Positions 24,020-36,781 of a stretch of 64,000 bases of DNA are shown here, piece by piece; the stretch's first letter is position 1; each line of letters starts with the position of its first letter. Source of the DNA: Lama glama (taxonomy: Eukaryota); the NCBI GenBank assembly GCA_028534125.1, contig CM052817.1:26290001-26354000 (forward strand), written 5' to 3'. Below the pieces are notes generated by a model. It was given only the letters and a program-made list of their open reading frames with translations. It was not told the origin of the DNA and made no database searches. A program made the translations under genes and the position numbers.

Positions 24020-26920
24020 GTAGAACATTGGTAAGAACTGGTATCTTAATAATACTGAATTCTCTGATCCATGAATATGGTATATGTCTCCACTGATTTA
24101 GGTTTTTCTCTTCCAGACTGACTGAATACTAGCACAAGCATTGCATCTTTCTGGAAGGATGCTCTCTATGTTCCCACACGTGGTTTGCACACTTCTACCA
24201 CAATGCTTATCTTGCTACACTCTGCTTTCTTATTTATCGTCTCTGCTATGGCCACAGCTGCACCTTGTTTATTTTTGTATTTTCAGCACAGAGAGTTGGG
24301 TTTGGCATATACTTAATAAAACTTTGTTGAGTGGTGAAAAAAACGGGGAAAATTTTCCAGCATTGTTTTGTAGTTTTCAATGTACTGGTCTTGTATATTT
24401 TTTTCACTCCAACTATTTTACCTATCTGGATGCTACTGTGAATTAAAAAAAAAAATCCCTTTTCCACTTCTTGTTGGTTCCTAATACACAGATGCAGAAT
24501 TTTTACATACTGAGCCTGTTACATTGCTACACAGCTTTACTAGTTCTTGTAGCTAGTTTATGCATTTCTCAGAATTTTCTATAAGCACAGTATCATTTGC
24601 AAATAAGGACAGTTTTATTTGTTTTCTCTAATCTGTGTTGACAATTTCTTTTCCTTACTGCACTAGCAAAGCTATCACAAAAGTGAGAGCAGACAGTTCT
24701 GTCCCTTTTGAGATCTTAGGAAGCATTTGGTCTTTCACCAGTAAGTATTATGTTAAATGGGGTTTTCTGTAGATGCCTTTTTATCAGGTTGAGAAAGTTT
24801 TATCTCCTATCCCTAATGTGCTGTTAGTCTTCTACTGAAATAATCTGGTTTTCCCAATTTATGCTAGTGTTAAGATGTTGACATAAATTGATTAATTTTC
24901 AAATACTAAACCAAATATGCACTCCTGGAACAAACCTGACATGGTAGTCACTGGGGGTCACTGTGTTTTATGCATAGTTCTCCCTTCTCTCTTCTATTTT
25001 TGGCTTGTTTTTGTTTGGCTGGCTGGATCTGCTCTGCTAATACTTTGTTGTTCAGTAAGTCTCTTGGTCTGTAGATTGCTTACAATGTGTGTTTTGTTTT
25101 GGTATCAAGATAATACTATAAAGTGAGCTGGAAGTGTTCACTCTTCCTATTTTCTCAGTTTGTGTAGGACTAATACAACCTTTTCCTTAAGTGTTTAATA
25201 GAATTCATCAATGAAGTCACTTGGGTCTTTATTTGTGGGAAAGTTTTTAGCTGCAAATCCAGCTTTTAAAATCAGTATAAGGCTATCAGACTTTCTGTTT
25301 TATCCTAGGTCAGTTTGGTAATTTGCATTTTTCCAGGAATGTATCTATTTCATTTAGGATATTGAATTTACTGGCATAAGCTTGCTTATAATATGCTTTT
25401 ATTATCCTTTTAATGTCTATAAAATCTATACTAATGTCTCTTCTCTTTTTTTAACTGATTTTGCTAATTTATATATTCTTTTTCTTGATTGTTCTAACGC
25501 AGTGGTCTCAAAGAGGAATGAATTTGCCACCCACCACTAGGGAATACCTGACGATGTCTGGAGACATTCTTAGTCATCACAACTGGGAGAAGGGGTTCTA
25601 TGAGCATCTAGGCAGTAGAGACCAGGGATGTAGCTAAACATCATACAATATATAGGACAGCTCCCTACACCAATTACCAGGCTGAAGTAGTCAACAGAGC
25701 CAGTGATAAGAAACTTGATCTAACAAAGGGTTTTGCCAATTTTATTCTTTTCAAAGAACCAACTTTTGGCATAATCAGTTTTCTCAATTGTTCATGCATT
25801 TTCTATATGATTGATTTCTATTATCTGTAGTATATCCTGCTTTTGACATTCTTTTAGGTTTAATCTGTTCTTTTTCTAGGTTCTGAGGGTAGGAGCTTAT
25901 CAATGATTCTAGACAATTCTAACGTAAACATCTGAAAGCTTATCAAAATAAATTTCTCAATAAGTACTGCCGTGAATTTGATATATTCACTAAGTTCAAA
26001 ATATTTTCTAATTTTCCTTGTAATTTCTTCCTTTATTCATGTGTGACTTAAAATATACTGTTTAATTTCTATTTGGGGTATTTTCTAGACATCTTTTATT
26101 AATTTCTCATTTAACTCCCTGTGATCATACTACCTCTGTATGTATTGAGATTTGTTTAGTGGCCCATCATATGGGCTATCTACCTTGGTGAATGATTCAT
26201 GTACACTTAAAAAGAATATGTATTTCTGCTACTGTTGAATAGAATGTCAATTAGGTCAAGTACACTGGTACATTAACTCTTCTATGATCCTACTGATTTT
26301 TGCCTACTTGTTCAATCAATCACTGACAGAGAAGTGTCGAAAGTTCTATGTATAATTGTGCATTTTAAAAATTTCTCAGCTATGTACAATTGTGCATTTT
26401 TTAAATTTCTCAGCTATATGGAAGCTGTTATTAGGTACATATTGCTATATTTTCTTAATGCAGTGATCTCTTTATCTTTATGAAATATCTTGTTCTAAAG
26501 TCCACTTTGAAGTACTGCCACTATAACTTGTGATTTGCATTAGCATGGTATATCTTCTTCTAATCCTTTTATTTTTTTCTGAAGAACAGGATTACTGAAG
26601 TATAAATTACCTAAAACTCACTTCTTAGTGCCCTATTCTACGAATTTTGACAAATACACAGTTGCATAAAAATCCCCATAATCAAGACACAGACTATATC
26701 TATAACCCTAAAAAGTTGCCTTGTGTCTCTTTGAAGTCAATTTTCAACTTCTTCCTTACCCCCTGGCAACTCCAGATCTGTGCTATTTTTATAGTTTTGC
26801 TTTTTCCAGAATGTCACATAAGTGGAATTACATAGTACATTGCTCTTTGGATCTAGCCACATTCACTAAGCATAAGGCATCTGAGATACATGCATTTTGC
26901 ATATATTAGTAATTCATTCC
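24020..26920 (-). mobile_element. Ancient, highly decayed L1M-type fragments
   Basis: T-rich blocks with recognisable antisense ORF2 and 3'-end motifs (ctttcaccagtaagtat, tttatcaggttgagaaag, caaagaaccaacttttgg, ccagaatgtcacataagtggaat). Confidence 0.65.
25500..25717 (+). mobile_element. MER20-like hAT MITE nested in the old L1
   Basis: cagtggtctcaa...gatgtctggagacatt...cacaactggg...gtagagaccagggatg.agctaaacatc resembles MER20. Confidence 0.78.
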
Positions 26921-28025
26921 TTTTTTTTTTTTGAAAAATAGATGGAAGGTGTTTTCTTTCTTTTTCGCCCTGCCTTTTCACAAAAACTAAATCGTCTACC
27001 ATAGTGAGTGTTTGGAGTTGGGTCACAGAAATTATTAGCACTAGAATTTGGGGAAGATGATATTCACCAGTGATCCCACAAGACAGGTCACCTATAACTG
27101 CCACAGATTCGTGCCCTGGTTTATTTTAATTTAATTTAATTCAATTCAATTTTTTTTTACCGTATAGTGATTAGTTTATTGTTTACAAGTTTTTAAAAAA
27201 TTTTTTATTGAGTTACAGTCAGTTTACAATGTTGTGTCAATTTCCAGTGTAGAGCACAATTTTTCAGTTATACATGAAAATACATATATTCACTGTCACA
27301 TTCTTTTTCACTGTGAGCTACCACAAGATCTTGTATGTATGTCCCTGTGCTATACAGTATAATTTTGTTTATCTATTCTACATATGCCTGTTGGTATCAA
27401 CAAATTCCAAACTCCCAGTCTGTCCCTTCCTGCCCCCCACCCCCTTGGCAACCACAAGTTTGTATTCTATGTCTACGAGTCTGTTTCTGTTTTGTATTTA
27501 TGTTTTTTTTTTTTTTTTTAGATTTCACATATAAGTGATCTCACATGGTATTTTTTTTTTTCCTCTTTCTGGCTTACTTCACTTAGAATAACATTCTCCA
27601 GGAACATCCATGTTGCTGCAAATGGTGTTATGTTGTCATTTTTATGGCTGAATAGTATTCCATTGTATAAATATACCACCTCTTCTTTATCCAGTCATCT
27701 GTCGATGGACATTTAGGCTGTTTCCATCTCCTGGCTATTGTAAATAGTGCTGCTATGAACATTGGGGTGCAGGTGTCTTTTTGAAGTAGGGTTCCTTCTG
27801 GATATATGCCCAGGAGCGGGATGACTGGGTCATATGGTAAGTCTATTCCTAGTCTTTTGAGGAATCTCCATACTGTTTTCCACAGTGGCTGCACCAAAAT
27901 GCATTCCCATCAGCAGTGTAGGAGGGTTCCCTTTTCTCCACAGTCTCTCCAGTATTTGTCATTTGTGGACTTTTGTATGATGGCCATTCTGGCTGGTGTG
28001 AGGTGATACCTCATTATAGTTTTGA
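26921..28025 (-). mobile_element. Young L1 3' fragment (~27190-28025) with ~260 bp of extra 3' sequence inside the same TSDs
   Basis: ORFs 27628..27897 and 27910..28113 carry ORF2 C-terminal Cys-domain motifs. TSD agtaattcattcctttt (26908-26924) / agtaattcatgcctttt (28026-28042). Confidence 0.88.
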
Positions 28026-28229
28026 AGTAATTCATGCCTTTTAACTGCTGAGAAGTATTCCATTGGGAATATAGTATAATACCATTGTGTTCAGAGCCAA
28101 AAAAGCCAGACACAAATGGGGATCAGGGTGGGTTAAAAGGGACTGAGGGAAACATAAGGGGGTGATAGATATGTTCATTTTCTTGAATGTGATGATGGTT
28201 TTAAGGATGTATGTCAAAACTTGTCAAAC

Positions 28230-28945
28230 TGTTATGCCCTGACAGCAACTCTCTGACACCAAATGGGTATACTACATTTCAATTCAATTCTGACAGTAAC
28301 TACCTAGAGTGAGCAAAGACCCCATAAGTTAAAGCACAAAGTTCTTCACAAAACTCCCCCAACTTCAGATGCCACCTGCAAGTCCTGAAGGCCACCTGCA
28401 TTTGTGACAAGCCAACTATAACTTTAGGGCTTCCTACAATACCGTCAGATTCAATAATTTGCTATAACAACTCACAGAATTCACTGGAAGTACTATACTT
28501 ATGATTACTGGTTTATTATAAAGGATACAACTCAGGCACAGTCAAACAGAAGAGATATGTAGGTCAAGATCTTGGGGGAGAGAAGAGGAGATGAAATTTC
28601 ATGCCCTATTGTGATGGTCCCGACAGAACAACCTCCTGACACATCAATGAGTTCACCAACTAGGAAGCTCCTCTGAGCCTTGGTGTTCACAGGTTTACTG
28701 AGGCTTCATTATGTGGGAATAACTGATTAGGTCATTATCATTTGATGGACCCTCCTGCCCCCTCAGTAGGCTAAAAATTCCAACTCTCCAACTTTTCTGG
28801 TGGCTAGCCCCTTCCTCTAGAGGCCAAGAGTCACTAACTAAGAGTCATTAACATAACAAAGACACTCCCATCACTCAGGAAGTTGCAAGGGTTTTTTAAG
28901 CTCTGAACTAAGAACTGGTAACAAAGATTAGATATATTATTATAT
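28230..28945. mobile_element. MER21-like LTR (ERVL-related)
   Basis: ttcaattcaattctgaca..aactacctagagt...gaccccataagttaa...tcaataatttgcta..acaactcacagaa...ggtttattataaaggatacaactcagg resembles MER21. Confidence 0.7.
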
Positions 28946-29578
28946 AGTATACTTCAAATACTGTATTTCAATTATAACTCAAAGTAGCTGTTTTTAAAAA
29001 AAAATCATTGCCTTAGGGGAAAAAGGGGAAAGTAAAAGAACTTTAAAACTCCTTCACTAGTAAAAATTAAATTAACTTTTAAAGTCCAACATAGTAAATG
29101 AAAATTCTCATTCACTGTTAAGTTAGAATGTAAACTGGTACAACCACTTTGGTGTTGTCAGTGAAGCAAAAGATATGCATATTCAATGACCCAATAATTT
29201 CACCTTTCAATACCCTAAAGTAACTTGTACATGTACAATAGAATATGCATAAAACAAGTATATTCACAGCAATGTTGCTTACAAGCCAAAAAACTAGAAG
29301 TAAAATGTCAATAGAAGACTGAATAAGTAGTACAATAGAGAACTTATTATACAGTGATAAAAAATAATTGAAAAACAGATAAAAGCAAAATAACACGAAT
29401 AAAGCTCAAACATAATATTGAAAAAGATGCATACAAGGTGCCATGCAGTATGATTAAATACATTTAAATATAAAACTAAAACTAGAAATTCTAAGTCTAC
29501 CTAAAACACATTCTAATTTTGAGACTGTGCTCATATTAAAGCAACTTTTGGGCCTAAAGCTCAAAGTTCAAATGACTT

Positions 29579-30043
29579 TGTTGGGCCAACTGACATCCTT
29601 CAAAGTCCAATGACCCCGATTCCTGGGCTCTCAGATGTCTCCCTGTGATCCCTCAATAGATACATTCTTTATTGGACATGCTTCCCCTAACAAACTAATA
29701 GCCCTAACTAATGCTTAATCTCACAATAGCTCAGGCTGGCTTGTTTCACCCCACCTTACCAGAGTCAAACCTCACCCCCTTCATGGACCCTAAACCTCTT
29801 ACCTCACCTACAACCAATCAGAGACTTGTGCACAAGCCAATCAGGCACCTTGTGACCCGACCTTATAAAAGACCCCAACAACTGGCCCTCAGTGCTCACA
29901 CAGGCACCTCTCATCTGTGTGGCTTGCTGCTGCCTATAGCAGTGTACCTTAATAAACTCCTTTTCTATTCTCACACTTTATCTCTGGTAAATTCTTTTAC
30001 CAACCCATGTTGTCACTTGGCTGCCCCATTGTGGCCCACAACA
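29579..30043 (+). mobile_element. Solo ERV LTR with ordered promoter and poly(A) signals
   Basis: TGTTGGGCC...GGCCCACAACA ends. CCAAT at 29814 and 29837, TATAAAA at 29864, AATAAA at 29951. No matching TSD seen, so the 5' boundary is uncertain. Confidence 0.7.
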
Positions 30044-31059
30044 TCAGTGACTAAATATATCACATTATTAGCATGTCTTTTCATTGCACCTACGTTGTAA
30101 ATTCCTTTTAAGCAAAAGTCACTGTTCCGAAGATACTAGGCTGCTCATCTCAAAAGTGAATTAGCATCATACTAATACAGCTGATAAAAGTTACATTCCA
30201 TTGCTATCACACCTAGTTTAGGCCTTTATCACATCATATCCTATTTTAGTCTCTTTAACTCCCAAAATCGAATCCAGAACTTCTAAGTCACTCTGAAAAC
30301 ATCTATTTTAATACTACCCCAATTCAGACAATGGTTTCCCACTAATACCTTATGGCACTTAAAACATCATCATCAATTTATCATTTTTATCTTACTTTTA
30401 TGTGTATATATACATACATGCACGTATCTATGTGTATATACACATATGTATACATTTATTATATGTTTAAGTATAAGGTGTTATATTAATTTCAACTCTC
30501 CACTGTAGTCAAACTGGGTTTATTATCTCTGAAAAGCATCCTGAGCATTTTTACAGCTTTGCACAGAAAAGAGTTTTACAGTTTCGCTGAAAAAAAATAT
30601 GAATGTGTCCTAGAATTACTTTTACCCCTCACTACTACTCTGTTAAAATCTTACCTGCCCTTAAAGTTTCTGCCCAAATTCTATTTCCTCTTCTTGTAGC
30701 CTTGGCTTGACTACCTTAGTCTGAAAAGATCACTGACTCCTTTGAACTAAAAACATCATACCAATTACAAAGCAATCATCTTACAGCATTCCATGCTATG
30801 ATTATTAGTATAAAAATCACATGTCCTCAAGAAGATTGTGATCTCCTGATGGCTCTGAATTTTCTACATCTGTCTTATAAACTAAGATATGAGTGTGTAA
30901 TATTTTCTGAAGGAATGAAACCTATTAGTATACTTTTTGACATGCTCTAGACTTCAGTGATTGACCAAGACTGAGAACAGAAATCTCTCTGAAATTCTGA
31001 TTTGTCAATAGCTATGCAATCAATACACATTTTAAGACTAAGTGCTAATATTAAGAAAA

Positions 31060-31445
31060 AAACAAAATTAAAAATAGAACTGTCACATGATCCAACAATT
31101 TCACTTCCAGGTACTGATTTCAAGAAAACAAAAACAGTAACTTGAACAGATATATGCACCCACCATGTGCACTACAGCAGTATTTATAATAGCCAAGATG
31201 TGGAAACAAACTAAACATCCATCGATGGATGAATGGATAAAGAAATTGCAGAATACACACACACATATTTAAAAAAATGGAATATTATTCAGCCATAAGA
31301 AAAGAATGAAATCTTGACATCCGCAACCACATGGATGGACCTAGAGGACATGATGCTAAGTGAAATAAATCAGATAGAGAAAGACAAATATAGTGTGATC
31401 TCTCTTATATGCTGAATCCAAAAAAAACAAACAAGTAACAGAGAA
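31060..31445 (+). mobile_element. L1 ORF2 3'-end fragment
   Basis: atgatccaacaatttcactt...aatagccaagatgtggaaacaa..aaacatccatc...atgctaagtgaaataa. Confidence 0.75.
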
Positions 31446-33024
31446 CCAATACAGCTATTTCAATTTTAACAAATTGACTTACTCTATGGGAAAAATCCAA
31501 TAACCTATTTTTCTAATAAACCAATAGAGACTACTTGAACATATAATTTGTTTCACTACTAATATACTTAGTAAAGGTTAGTATTCTTCAATGGGACAAG
31601 TTTATTATTCCATACTTAAATTCTGTAGTGTAGAAAAGTTACATGCTACATATTTCACTATACTCTTCCTGAATGCTAAACCACATTATGTTCTAAAGGT
31701 TCATTCTATCAGTACCTAACCATTTAACAAGCATATACTAAAAAACTACACTTTAAAGGTTCCTCTAAGTTTCTAAATTACAGGAAATGTTTTACTCCAT
31801 TTATTTCCACCTTCAAGGTAAGCCAGTATTACTAGAGTTCTAAAAATAACCTGGATACTAGGATTCTAAAAATAGCCTGGATATTGACTGTAAGGGACAG
31901 AGTCATCATGAAGCTATTATCAGCTTTAAGGGATATTCATAAGGTCCTACAATATTAGTCTTAAAGCCTGAGAATCTGGGAAAAGGGGATAAATTAGGAG
32001 TTTGGGATTAGCATACACATACTATTATATATAAAATAATAAACAACAAAGACCTACTGTATAGGACAGGGAACTATATTCAATATCTTGTAGTAATTTA
32101 TAATGGAAAAGAATCTGAATAAGTATATATGTGTGTATGTGTGTGTGTGTAACTGAATCACTTTGCTTTACACCTAAAACTAACACAACATTGTAAATCA
32201 ACTGTATTTCAATTTAAAAAAAAGCTCGAGAGTCTGACACTTGCACTGAAGCTTCAGAGATTTTAACATTTGGTTTTTACGTAATTGTAGATGCTCTTCT
32301 CTTAATTTCAGGTACTTATGAGGAAAAAAGATAAGATGAGTTGGTGGCAACATGACACAAACCAATTAATTATTCTACAGTTTGACACTCATATAATAGA
32401 GAAAATTCTCAATTCAGAAAGCATATTTTTTTATAGGTACAGTATTTGTAATAGTACGAACAGCTAATGTTTGAGTTCTTCCCACATGCTGGGCATATTT
32501 CAAGTAATTTAAATGTACTTAATACAATAATTCCTTGTGGGAGGTATCATTATTAACATCCCCATTTAACAGATGAGAAACTAAGCTAAGTAATTTGCTC
32601 AAGGGCATAAAAATTCAAATCCAGGCAGTGTGGCTAATCACTCTTACCTACCTCTTATCATTTTTAATCTAGACATTATATACTGTATAGTACAATAGGA
32701 CAAGTAGTTATCCAAAATGACTACAGAAAAATAAAATATTAGATACATAGAGAGGGTAGACTATAGAAACTACACCACATTATAGCACTATAACTACTAA
32801 GTGGTTATGGTCCCAGGCCAATTCAAAAAGGCCAATTTTCTCACAATGTAGATACGTGGAGACTATAGTAGAGAATTTAGATACTTAATAGATGTCTTTA
32901 ATATATTAATTTAACTTCAGCTTTTCTAGCTTTCCTTTTCCTTGATAAAGGTGGATCATTTGCCTTATTTTTAAAATGACCAATCATTATTTACGGTCTT
33001 TTTACTCAAAAAATTGAAAAGATA

Positions 33025-33131
33025 ATAATATGCACCCCAATGTTCATAGCAGCACTATTTACAATAGTCAAGACATGGAAACAACCCATGTGCCCATCAA
33101 TAGATGACTGCTTTAGGAAGATGTGGTATAT

Positions 33132-33176
<45 letters not shown>

Positions 33177-33530
33177 AATATTACACATAAAAAAAAGAAT
33201 GAAATATTGCCATTTGCAACAACATGGATGAACCTAAAGAATATTATGCTTGGTGAAATAAGTCAGAGTTAGACAAATACTACATGGTATCAATTATATG
33301 CGGAATCTAGAAATTATACAAATGAATCTATACACAAAATAGAAAGAGACTCACCGACAGAAAAACTTCTGGTTATCAAAGGAGAGAGGGAGAGGGGAAG
33401 GACAAATTAGGGGTATGGGATTAATAGGTACAAACTACTATACATAAAATAGATAAGCAATAAGAATTTACTGTATAGTACAGGTAATTATATTCAATAT
33501 TTTAAAATAACCTATAATGGAATATAATTT
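33025..33530 (+). mobile_element. L1 3' fragment containing a (CA)n microsatellite at ~33143-33173
   Basis: ORF 33040..33231 begins MFIAALFTIVKTWKQP.CP (ORF2 C-terminus) and is followed by 3'UTR. Confidence 0.8.
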
Positions 33531-33859
33531 ACCAAAAAATGCAATGAAAAGCAGCTGGCTTTCCTTAAGGTTAAGTGGATTAAGATTTGGACAAAAGAAG
33601 GAAAGGAAAAATGAGGTTCAATCAAATATGTGGGTAAAAAACAGATGGAATTAATTATGGTACGAGCAGTGAGAGCCAGAAGATAAGCAATAGTAAGTAC
33701 AGGAAATTCCTTAGGGGCAAGATAAAAAGAGGCATGGGGGAAAAGAATAGACAGTGGCAGAAAGGCAGAAATGAGCAAAGACTTCCTGTATCAGTTGCCA
33801 AAAATTACTTTGGCCCAGAAGAACTTGATGACTGCTAGAGAAGGCGAAAGCCAAAAGCT

Positions 33860-35980
33860 GATAGTTTGAAAACAAACAAACAAACAAACTGGACAAAGCT
33901 TTAGCTAGACTGACCAAGAAAAGAGAAGACTGAAATTACTACATTCAGAAATGAAAGAGGGGATATTACTACTGACCTTTTCAAAACAAAGAGAATTATA
34001 AAGGAATTCTACGAACAATTATATGCCGATAAATAAGATAACTTAGATGAAATGCACAAATTTCTAAAAAGACACCAGCTACTGAAACTGACTTAAGAAA
34101 AAATAGCATCTTTAAAATCTGTGAATCACTATGTTGTACACCTAAAATTTACATATTGTAAATCAACTATACTTCAATAAAAATTTTAAATAGAAAATAT
34201 GAATAAGCCTGTAACAAAGGAAAAGAATGAATTAACAATCAAAAACTACACACANNNNNNNNNNNNNNNNNNNNNNNNNNNNNNNNNNNNNNNNNNNNNN
34301 NNNNNNNNNNNNNNNNNNNNNNNNNNNNNNNNNNNNNNNNNNNNNNNNNNNNNNCAAAATTGTAGAATAGATAAACAAGATTACACTGTATAGCACAGGG
34401 AAATAAACACAAAATGTTATGATAAATCACAGAGAAAAAAATGTGACAATGAGTGTGTATATGTCCATGAATGACTGAAAAATTGTGCTGAACACTGGAA
34501 TTTGACACAACACTGTAAAATGATTATGAATCAATAAAAAATGTAAAAAAAAAAAAAAACTACACACAAAGAAAAGCCCAGGCCCAGACTGCTTTACTGC
34601 TGAATTCTATTGAACATTTAAAGAATATCAATTTTCCCAACTCTTCCAAAAAATAAAAGATGGTAAAACACTTCCAACTCATTCTGTGAAGTATTAATCT
34701 GATTTCAAAACTAGATAAAGATATCACAAGAAAATTATGAATGAACTTGAACTCCTACCTCAAAAAAGAAAAACAACCATATACAAAACTGAACAAATCT
34801 TGATAAATTTCAATTTTTGAACAATTTGATAAAAACAGATTAAAGACCTAAATGTAAGAGCTAACACTCTTAGAAGAGAAATAAATCCTTGTGACCTTAA
34901 TTGAGGCAATGATTTCTTCAATCTGACACTAAAAGTGCAAGTGACAAAAAGAAAAAACAAAATAAATTGGTCTTTATCAAGATGAAAAACATTTGTACTT
35001 CAAAAGGAAACCATCCAGAAAAAGTGAAAAGACAATCCACAGAAAAGGAGAAAATTTTTGCAAATCATATAACTGATAAGGAATTTATATCCAGGATATA
35101 TACATAAACAACCCTTACAATTCAATAATAAAAAAGACACATAACCCAATTTAAAAACTAGCAAAGAATGTGAATAAATACTTCTTCAAAGAAGGTACGT
35201 AAATGGCTAATAAGCACATGAAAGAATTCTTGGCATTAGTCATTAGGCAAATGCAAATCAAAATTACAATAAGATACTACTTAATGTTTACTTGGTTATC
35301 TAGAATCAAAAAGTCAATTACATAGATAAAATAATTACAAGTGCTGAGGATGCGGAGAAACTGGAACCCTCATACACTGTTGGTGAGAATATAAAATGGT
35401 GCACACACTGTGGAACAGTTTGTCAGTTCCTCAAAAGCCTAAAACAGTTACATATGATCCAACAATTCCACTCTTAAAGGCAAAAGCAAAAATGTCCACA
35501 CAAAAACTTGTATGTGAGTATTTATGACAGCATTATTCCTAATAGCTAGCTGAAAGGTCAAATCAATTCAAATGTCCATCAATTGATAAAGGGATAAACA
35601 AAATTTGATACATCCATATAGTGGAATATTTGGCTGTAAAAAGGAATGAAGTACTAATGCTACAAAACGGATGAACATTAAAAACATTATATTAAGTTAA
35701 AGAATTACCAGTCATGAAAGACCACATGCTATATGATTCCAATTATATGATATGTCCAGATCAGGGAAATGTACAGAGACAGAAAGTAAGTTAATGACTG
35801 CTTAGGGCTGGAAAAGCATATAGGAGTGACAGCTAAGACTGCCTTTTTGAGTTGATGAAATTGCTTTAAAATTGTGATGGTTGCCCATTATATGTGAATA
35901 TGCTAAAACCAATGACTGTACACATTAAATGGGTGAATTATTTGGTATGTGAATCATATCTCAATAAAGCTGCTAAAAAA
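33860..35980 (+). mobile_element. Old L1M (L1MB-like) ORF2 pieces and 3' end, with a young L1 nested at 34255-34554
   Basis: ttagctagactgaccaag, aaaagcccaggcccaga, aaatgcaaatcaaa, 3' end tatctcaataaagctg. The nested insert is bounded by TSD aaaaactacacaca. Confidence 0.78.
34255..34354. other. Assembly gap (100 N)
   Basis: Run of exactly 100 N, a common placeholder for a gap of unknown size. Confidence 0.99.
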
Positions 35981-36781
35981 AATACAGGTGAATACAAATG
36001 AACCAGAGAGATTTCCTAAAATCTTCACATCTTTCCACAAAAATATTCTTTTAAATGTTAAGATCCCTTTAAGGCAATGAAAAAGGTTCAACTGAGAAAA
36101 CTGTGATTCATAAGCCATCTTCTACTATCAGGAAAGGAAATAACTGAAAGGGAAGGCACAGGGCTAGGAAATTGTCCCAGACCATGTAAACCAAGTAAGC
36201 TATCCATGGCTTTTTCCATATAACCACTGCGGATTCACATTTATAGCATGTATTACTCTTTCTCCAATAAATTCTAGGCAAACAGAGGAGGGCAACAAGA
36301 AACTAAGGGAGGGTGCAAAGGCTCAAAGACAGGACAATCTTCTGTAAGGCAGAGTGCATTCATTTTATAAAATGAAAAAGGCCCAGGGAATTATCAGACA
36401 GAAATATAAGACCACAAAATTAAAGTCTGTGGGGAAAACACATTAGCTTGTAGTGTGTGTCGTACATAACCCTTAACTATAAATGTGGGGGAGGGAGAGG
36501 GACTAAATATACCTATTCCCAACAGAAGAAAAAAATTTAATGGAAAGATTTTACATAGGTTATGTTGTTAAGAAGAGGGTCCAGGGTCCAGGTTTAAGAA
36601 GAGGGTCCAGTAATTATAAGTGTTGTTGCTTGCACTTGAACAAACTTCACTTGGGAAACCTTGTGCTGATAATGCCTGATAATATCTACAAAAGCACTAG
36701 AACCAAATCTTGCAGAATTGTTAATGGCTTAGAAGAACACCTCAGAAACAACAGCAGAGCACTCTTTAAAGATATTCTGAA

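Noticed and set aside
26351..26418. Short local tandem duplications (also ~17290-17328, ~31838-31885, ~36568-36610) as CRISPR-like or regulatory arrays
   Set aside because: Only two units each and no spacer series. Ordinary slippage duplications in mammalian intron DNA.
29711..30100. 129-aa ORF
   Set aside because: It lies across an LTR promoter/poly(A) region and has no protein-family features.
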